DNA from: an uncultured archaeon
GTDB lineage: Archaea > Iainarchaeota > Iainarchaeia > Iainarchaeales > CSSED10-239
Assembly: GCA_964463155.1 (NCBI GenBank)
Contig: CAYXAY010000019.1
Location: 1 to 13,490, forward strand
DNA length: 13,490 bases
Direction: 5' to 3'
This document shows, in pieces, positions 8,042 to 13,490 of this stretch. The notes below the pieces were generated by a model. The model worked only from the letters and a program-made list of their open reading frames with translations. It had not been told where the DNA came from and did no database searches. The translations under genes and the position numbers were made by a program. Position 1 is the first letter of the stretch; each line of letters starts with the position of its first letter.

Positions 8042-8252
8042 GATTGATAATCTTTCAGCTAAGGATGTAATAAAGATTTTGCAACTTAAAGGTTATTTTA
8101 TACTAAGACAAAAAGGCAGTCACATGCTACTTAAAAACAAAGACAACAAAATAATGGTCATTCCAAACCACAAAACCCTAAAAATAGGAACAACGCGTCA
8201 AATAATCAAATCTATTGACTTAATAAAGCAAGGAGTTGAAAGATTATTATAG
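8034..8252 (+). CDS. hicA: HicA-family mRNA-interferase toxin (YcfA-like)
   Basis: LSAKDVIKILQLKGYFILRQKGSHMLLKNKDNKIMVIPNHKTLKIGTTRQIIKSIDL matches the HicA consensus (l..kelik.L.k.Gf...RqkGSH..l.......t.vP.H..elk.GTl..IlkqagL), including the GSH histidine. Its ATG lies within the end of hicB (ATGTATAA overlap), which indicates translational coupling. The TAG stop is at 8250-8252. Confidence 0.9.
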   Translation: MYKIDNLSAKDVIKILQLKGYFILRQKGSHMLLKNKDNKIMVIPNHKTLKIGTTRQIIKSIDLIKQGVERLL

Positions 8253-8322
8253 CCACAATTAACTTCTTAACTTAAATAACCAATAACCTTTAAATATCTT
8301 TCTTTCTCTAATATAAATAGAT

Positions 8323-8330
8323 TTTAAATA
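8323..8330 (+). promoter_or_regulatory. TATA-box-like TTTAAATA about 20-25 nt upstream of ATG 8349 (candidate archaeal-type promoter, short or absent leader)
   Basis: TTTAAATA is centred about 23 nt upstream of the start codon of gene 5. Only a degenerate GGATGTG (8334-8340) is available as an SD. AT-rich background makes chance TATA-like matches common. Confidence 0.25.
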
Positions 8331-8348
8331 TATGGATGTGAAAAGATT

Positions 8349-11300
8349 ATGTCATTTGCTTTAAAATACCAGGCATTTTTAGAGAAAATAAATACTAGAA
8401 TGCCAATCAAATGGTTAACAAAACCAATAGATAAGATTCATCCTCTAACTTCTTTTTTCGTGTTTATATTAATAGTCTTAGCAATATTGTTCTTTATCTT
8501 TAAACCACACATTCTTCCTGAAGCAAAAATAGAATACATGTCTTTTACAATAGGTCTTACAGACAGCAATGGACAGCTACTTAAAAACTTTGAGTTTGAA
8601 ATAAAAAATTTCAAAGACAATGTAACTCAAACCCATAGGACAGGAAACAACGGGCAGTTAATCATTGAACTTGACAAGTTTGGACATTATTCTATTATTG
8701 TTGACAAAAAAGGATATAAGTACACAGAAGAGTCAATTGATTTGTCAAGAGACAAACAACACTTTGTAATACAATTATTTAGTCTTCCAACAACCCAAAA
8801 CAAAGCCTTAATGTTTGTTGGAACTGACGGCAAACCAATTTCTGAAAACCTAAATGTTACAATCACTTGCCGAGACGGAACTACAATAGACCCATCAACA
8901 GCAACAGTGATAAACGGAACAGGAAACTTTACGGTTCCAGTATCCTGTAATTATCTTGTTGCAACCGCTATAGGAAACACATATTCTGGACAAAACATTC
9001 CAATCAACCAAACAACAGGAATAGTGACTGTTCCTCCAAGAGCAGCAAACACAAGCGTTGGAAGAGTGACAATAAAAACTAGTAGTAATAATAATTTTTT
9101 AGATAGAATAACACTAAGAATATACAAGGAAGGAAACACCATTGATTCAATTGCTTCTGGACAAACAACAACAGGTTACAAGTCTTTTGCAAACATAGAG
9201 ACAGGAAACTATATAGTTATTGCAACAGACGATTCGTTAAGATATCAAACAGCAAACTCAACATTTACTGTCACAAAAAACACAGAAACACAAGTGACAA
9301 TTGACTTGGTTCCAATTGCAGGAAACGAAACGACCCCAGGAATAAACACAAGAGACATAAAAGTCATAGTAAAGGATTTAGATACAAACCAAGAGCTAGA
9401 CTCAACATCTCTAACAAACATAATCTTAACAACAACAATTGGTGGTTCTCCTCAAACAGTAGACACAAAACCATATGTTTCTGCAGGAGTAATCTTTAGA
9501 ATTGATTCAAGCAAGCAATATTCATTAACTGTAAGAGCAGAAGGCTATATTGCCCAAGTAAAAAACATAACACCAAACATTAATGATTATATGATTTTTT
9601 TAGAAAAAGAAACAGTAAGCAATGTTTCTGATATCAATGTCAGTGTGAGAGATGAAGACAACCTTCCAGTAATCGGTGCAACACTATTGATTTATGATGG
9701 TAGTTCTGAATTTTTAGATACTAGATTTAGATCAGTAATAACTGACAATAACGGCAGCACAAGCTTTGATAACATACCAAGAGGATATTATTTTATTAGG
9801 CTAAGAAAAAACAATGTTGTTTCTCAATCCCCAAAATTTAATCATAATCCTCCAAGCGACACAAATCTTTCAATGAACATCAACATAGGTCAAGGAACAA
9901 TCAATCTTACAATAAAAAATACCGCTAATGAGATTATTAATTTTGCAAACATAAGGATATTTGATATTAGTGGAAGAGAAATAGGAGTTGACCAGGCAAC
10001 GCAAGCAGGAACATACACAAGGAGACTAAAAGCCGACAAGACGGTTTATATAAAGATTTCAAAAGACGGCTATTTTGATTATTACACAGAGTTATTGCCA
10101 ATTATTGGTGGAGAAACAATCAACAAAGAAATAAAACTAACAAGACTAGGGACAATAAATGTTCCAACAGCAGAGCTTGTTGGTTTATATAATATGCAAG
10201 ACCGTTCTGCAACCCACTTAACCCAAAACACAAGATATTATTTCAAGTTTAGAATCATTAATCCGAGTTCAGGAAACATTGGTTTAAGGTTTATGATTGG
10301 AGAGAAAAATACAGCAACAGAAGACATAGTTTATATAAAACCAATAACAGACTCCAAAGCAAACATTAGTTATTATAGTAATACAAACCTTGACATTGTT
10401 GCTCAAGATGTTCCTGCAAAAATAGCGGACGCAATCTTTGTAAATGCTAGTCAAGCAGTATATGAACTATTAATACCAGTAACCACTGTACAAGCAAGAA
10501 GAGGGCAAGCAATTCCTATCTATTATTCTGTTTTTACTGCTAATCCTCCAGCAATAAATAACCTAACAAACCAAAATGTCTATTACATTGATGTTTCAGA
10601 AATATGTTCAGAAAACTTTTGTATATCAGGCCAATATCTTGATATTGAAAGTGATATTATTTATGACTTGTCTACAACAAACCCAATGGTTGTAAACAAA
10701 AACTATGACTTAAAATATGTTTTAACAAACGCAAAGTCAAATGTTTACATAGGTAATAGACTGTCAATAACAAATGTAGAAAACTCGTCAGAAATGCAAG
10801 CGCATTCAATTGATATTAGCTATTACAATATCTTTGGTAATGGTTTTTCATACACCAGTAATTCTGGAAACCAATTAAGAAACAAAATACCATTTACTTC
10901 TGAGTTCTTGAATCTACCACAGATTAATGTTTATGATAAGATTAATATTAACTCCAAAATAAAACCAGCAGTTCTTGGAACAACAAGATTGCAAAACAAG
11001 ATAATCTCTAACCAAGCAATAGCATATAACCAATTCATTAGTTTTAATGTTTCACAACAATATCCTTTCACAATAGATTATGAACCAAAGAACATAGTTC
11101 CAGGAAGGCCATTTAACATGACAGTAACTGCTCTTGGCAACTCGGCAATACCAGTAAACAACGCCATAGTAAATGTTTATCAAAGACTTGCAAACAACCA
11201 GCTAGTAACAGTAACAAATGGAAGCTTTAGAACAAACGATTATGGACAAGCAATTGTTGCTCTTCCAGCAGTGCGAAATGGTGAAAAAATAATTATTGCT

Positions 11301-13490
11301 GTTGAGAAAAGCGGATATTACGCTCAACCATTAGAGATAACAATAACTCAAAACATCTTGTCTTTAAAGCAAGGAACAACAGCAGTAACTGACAATGCGC
11401 CATTTACAATTAATGTTCATAAGTCAAATGCTCTTGGCACAGAAAAAACATTAACAATAATAAATAAGACAAACTACCCATTAAGATTAAAGCAATTTAG
11501 AGACGATAGTTTTAGCTTTAGAAATTCAAACTATTTAAATATAGAACAATTACAAAACCACTTAAACAGCCAAGTAGATGGTATAGTTATTCCAGCTAAT
11601 GGTGAAGACAACCTAAAAATAAAATTATCAGCATCTCAAGATGCAACAAATGTCACAGAAACAATAAACATAACCGGAAACATAATAGGTTATGTCACTG
11701 TTGACAACTCAATAACAGAATATCCTTTCAATATCCCAATGAATGTTAAGATTTCAGTTGGAGAAGGAGTAGAAGCAGACGATTGTTTAACATTTACAGG
11801 AATGAGCAATCCTTTTGAGGCAGTTGTTGGAGGAAATGGCTTTACAACAGAAAGCTTTACAATAATAAACAACTGTAAAAGAAAAGGAAACGATGAACAA
11901 GGCGTTGTTCTAAACGCTCTAAGGGCAAAAGTTGTAAACACAAAAGACCAATATGGTTATTACACTTTAAGAGTAAGAGAAAGAACAATAACACTTTCAG
12001 AAGGCGCTTACACAACAATACTTAGTGATTTAGAGCCTGGCCCATATGATGCTACACTAACCTATTACTCCATGGATAAAAAGATTGGAGATGTAGAAAG
12101 CAAGATTTACATTAATGCTCAGATAGAGACAGACACTGGTTTAAAATATGTAAACACAACAAGAGATGTTGCATTTACAACAAAGATAGCAATAAGAAAG
12201 ATAGAAGACTGTATTGACTTCTATGATGACGGCAAAAAGATAAACAACATGCTTGTTATTCCTAAAGAAATCAACACAACAGAAGTAAAAGACATAACAA
12301 TAAAAAACAACTGCTCAACACTTGGAAGATTTAAGTTATACTTTTGTGGAGAATACAAAGAATATGAGGGTTGTCAAGAACTAAGATACGAAAACATGCT
12401 AGGATATCTACAAAACGAGCTAAGCTTCAATCTTGGAGAAGACTCACAAATTGTAGGAATCATTAAGCCAGATGTTCCTGGTGGCTATATAATCCCAGTA
12501 AGAGTATCAATCTTAAGCGACAGCGGAAGAGCAATAGCAACTGTTGAAAAAAGACTAAAAGTAAATGTACAGTCAGGAAGAGCAAACAGCCTATACATGG
12601 TAGATCCATTTATTGAAGTAGAAAAAGTAATAACTTCTAGAAATCAAAACACCTATGTAAGTCCAGAAGTCAAGCTACTAAACAGCGACATCAACAAGAC
12701 TCCTTGGTATTATGCTACACGGAAAGTTGGTGATACTGGATTTAGTAAATATATGAATGAATTTTCGCCGGAATCAAGTGTATTAGAGAAAGTTATATTT
12801 GTTAATTTTGAAACATTTACAGTTAATAAAGAAGGCATGGATTCATTTTTGCGTGGTTGGGTAGAAGCCACATATATAATAGGTATGTCGGTTATTTCAT
12901 TCGTTTGTTTGGTTTGTGCATTGGCTCTATTGACGGTTCAAATAGTTGATTGGTTATTACCGTCATTAACTAACAACTATAAAGAAGATGTAACTTATAA
13001 TATGCCAAAAATCTATGAAGATTTCTTAAAAACTAGCCCAGATATAGAAAAAGCGAAAACAATAAATGTTGTTGGTAATACCGATACAGCATATATTTCT
13101 ATAATTGACATTACGGGTGCGAGATATAGACAATTATATAATTTAAAAAATCATATACACGGGAAATTAATAAGCGATATTACTATTTCCCAAAAATTGG
13201 ATTTGTGTTCAAAAAATAATTACCAAACTGTTGGCGCAGATGCGTTTTGGAGTGAAAACCCAAAAAACTGTGATAATTTAAGAGTTACTACTGATGGTAC
13301 CGGATATAAATACACAGTAGATTGTGATGGCGCTTGGAATTTTGGTAGCAAAAAGATCGATGCAACATATAATGGCATATTAGAATGTAGATTTAATGAA
13401 ACAATTTGGCCAGAGCAAGCAGGCATCAAACCCCTTATCTTTAATGTGTCGGATACAAATTTAATTAATAGACTAAAAATGGGCGAAACA
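8349..13490 (+). CDS. Second giant surface protein, 3'-truncated by the window edge (>=1,714 aa). It is a paralogue of gene 1 ('A2') that continues past an internal TM helix into a Cys-containing tail ('B2'-like).
   Basis: This ORF is not in the ORF track. I translated the frame by hand, codon by codon, from ATG 8349 to base 13490 and found no stop. The nearest upstream in-frame stop is TAA 8325-8327, and ATG 8349 is the first ATG after it. The product starts MSFALKYQAFLEKINTRMPIKWLTKPIDKIHPLTSFFVFILIVLAILFFIF, followed by six CarboxypepD_reg-like repeats (e.g. INVSVRDEDNLPVIGATLLIYD..TDNNGSTSFDNIPRGYYFIRL). It then has CSENFC, DDC..INNC and EDC..KNNC modules collinear with gene 1. Confidence 0.9.
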   Translation, partial: MSFALKYQAFLEKINTRMPIKWLTKPIDKIHPLTSFFVFILIVLAILFFIFKPHILPEAKIEYMSFTIGLTDSNGQLLKNFEFEIKNFKDNVTQTHRTGNNGQLIIELDKFGHYSIIVDKKGYKYTEESIDLSRDKQHFVIQLFSLPTTQNKALMFVGTDGKPISENLNVTITCRDGTTIDPSTATVINGTGNFTVPVSCNYLVATAIGNTYSGQNIPINQTTGIVTVPPRAANTSVGRVTIKTSSNNNFLDRITLRIYKEGNTIDSIASGQTTTGYKSFANIETGNYIVIATDDSLRYQTANSTFTVTKNTETQVTIDLVPIAGNETTPGINTRDIKVIVKDLDTNQELDSTSLTNIILTTTIGGSPQTVDTKPYVSAGVIFRIDSSKQYSLTVRAEGYIAQVKNITPNINDYMIFLEKETVSNVSDINVSVRDEDNLPVIGATLLIYDGSSEFLDTRFRSVITDNNGSTSFDNIPRGYYFIRLRKNNVVSQSPKFNHNPPSDTNLSMNINIGQGTINLTIKNTANEIINFANIRIFDISGREIGVDQATQAGTYTRRLKADKTVYIKISKDGYFDYYTELLPIIGGETINKEIKLTRLGTINVPTAELVGLYNMQDRSATHLTQNTRYYFKFRIINPSSGNIGLRFMIGEKNTATEDIVYIKPITDSKANISYYSNTNLDIVAQDVPAKIADAIFVNASQAVYELLIPVTTVQARRGQAIPIYYSVFTANPPAINNLTNQNVYYIDVSEICSENFCISGQYLDIESDIIYDLSTTNPMVVNKNYDLKYVLTNAKSNVYIGNRLSITNVENSSEMQAHSIDISYYNIFGNGFSYTSNSGNQLRNKIPFTSEFLNLPQINVYDKININSKIKPAVLGTTRLQNKIISNQAIAYNQFISFNVSQQYPFTIDYEPKNIVPGRPFNMTVTALGNSAIPVNNAIVNVYQRLANNQLVTVTNGSFRTNDYGQAIVALPAVRNGEKIIIAVEKSGYYAQPLEITITQNILSLKQGTTAVTDNAPFTINVHKSNALGTEKTLTIINKTNYPLRLKQFRDDSFSFRNSNYLNIEQLQNHLNSQVDGIVIPANGEDNLKIKLSASQDATNVTETINITGNIIGYVTVDNSITEYPFNIPMNVKISVGEGVEADDCLTFTGMSNPFEAVVGGNGFTTESFTIINNCKRKGNDEQGVVLNALRAKVVNTKDQYGYYTLRVRERTITLSEGAYTTILSDLEPGPYDATLTYYSMDKKIGDVESKIYINAQIETDTGLKYVNTTRDVAFTTKIAIRKIEDCIDFYDDGKKINNMLVIPKEINTTEVKDITIKNNCSTLGRFKLYFCGEYKEYEGCQELRYENMLGYLQNELSFNLGEDSQIVGIIKPDVPGGYIIPVRVSILSDSGRAIATVEKRLKVNVQSGRANSLYMVDPFIEVEKVITSRNQNTYVSPEVKLLNSDINKTPWYYATRKVGDTGFSKYMNEFSPESSVLEKVIFVNFETFTVNKEGMDSFLRGWVEATYIIGMSVISFVCLVCALALLTVQIVDWLLPSLTNNYKEDVTYNMPKIYEDFLKTSPDIEKAKTINVVGNTDTAYISIIDITGARYRQLYNLKNHIHGKLISDITISQKLDLCSKNNYQTVGADAFWSENPKNCDNLRVTTDGTGYKYTVDCDGAWNFGSKKIDATYNGILECRFNETIWPEQAGIKPLIFNVSDTNLINRLKMGET
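8448..8501 (+). other. N-terminal transmembrane/signal-anchor helix of gene 5 (aa 34-51)
   Basis: The hydrophobic run TSFFVFILIVLAILFFIF follows the leader ..KPIDKIHPL, in the same position and context as in gene 1. Confidence 0.7.
8538..10148 (+). other. Array of six tandem beta-sandwich (CarboxypepD_reg-like) domains in gene 5
   Basis: Repeat starts are MSFTIGLTD, ALMFVGTD, GRVTIKTS, IKVIVKDL, INVSVRDE and INLTIKNT. The array ends at about residue 600, against 598 in gene 1. Confidence 0.55.
12873..12947 (+). other. Internal hydrophobic (transmembrane-like) helix of gene 5, aa 1509-1533
   Basis: YIIGMSVISFVCLVCALALLTVQIV is the only long hydrophobic run after the N-terminal anchor. It is flanked by ..FLRGWVEAT and DWLLPSL. 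Confidence 0.6.

Noticed and set aside
7709-8348. I searched the flanks of hicBA for inverted or direct repeats, att-like sites or remnants of a mobile element.
   Set aside because: Only trivial AT-rich word repeats were found (TAACTT x2, ATAACC x2). There were no terminal inverted repeats, target-site duplications or recombinase gene.
8438-13429. Minus-strand ORFs 8438-8620, 8951-9142, 11690-11941 and 13220-13429, the only track entries in the last 5 kb.
   Set aside because: All lie antisense within the unlisted 1,714-codon + strand ORF, which explains this region far better.
1-13490. I looked for CRISPR arrays, tRNA/rRNA genes, transposases/integrases and known defence-system enzymes (nuclease, helicase or methylase motifs).
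   Set aside because: No spaced direct-repeat array, no tRNA-like T-loop (GTTCGAAT-type) context, and no Walker A, HExxH, DDE or similar catalytic motifs were seen in any of the translated products.

Overview
This is an AT-rich prokaryotic window, about one-third G+C by eye, with a strongly A-rich coding strand. It holds five credible genes, all on the + strand and tightly packed. (1) 110-4660 encodes a 1,516-aa giant surface protein, membrane-anchored at its N-terminus and built from tandem beta-sandwich-like domains. (2) 4805-7708 encodes a 967-aa secreted protein with 8 Cys and no recognisable family. (3,4) 7799-8041 and 8034-8252 are a hicB-hicA type II toxin-antitoxin pair with an 8-nt overlap. 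(5) 8349 to >13490 is a second giant ORF of 1,714 stop-free codons. I translated it by hand. It is absent from the supplied ORF track because it runs off the 3' edge. Gene 5 is a diverged but strictly collinear paralogue of gene 1. Its only internal hydrophobic helix starts at residue 1509, almost exactly where gene 1 (1,516 aa) ends and the signal peptide of gene 2 takes over. The locus therefore looks like [A1][B1]-hicBA-[A2-B2 fused]: two copies of an uncharacterised giant cell-surface module, one split and one fused. I saw no rRNA, tRNA, CRISPR array, transposase/integrase or mobile-element ends. All domain and family calls are by-eye pattern recognition, since no searches could be run. 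My best guess for the source is a small-genome, episymbiont-type lineage: a DPANN archaeon, or less likely a CPR bacterium or an AT-rich methanogen. This is unproven.
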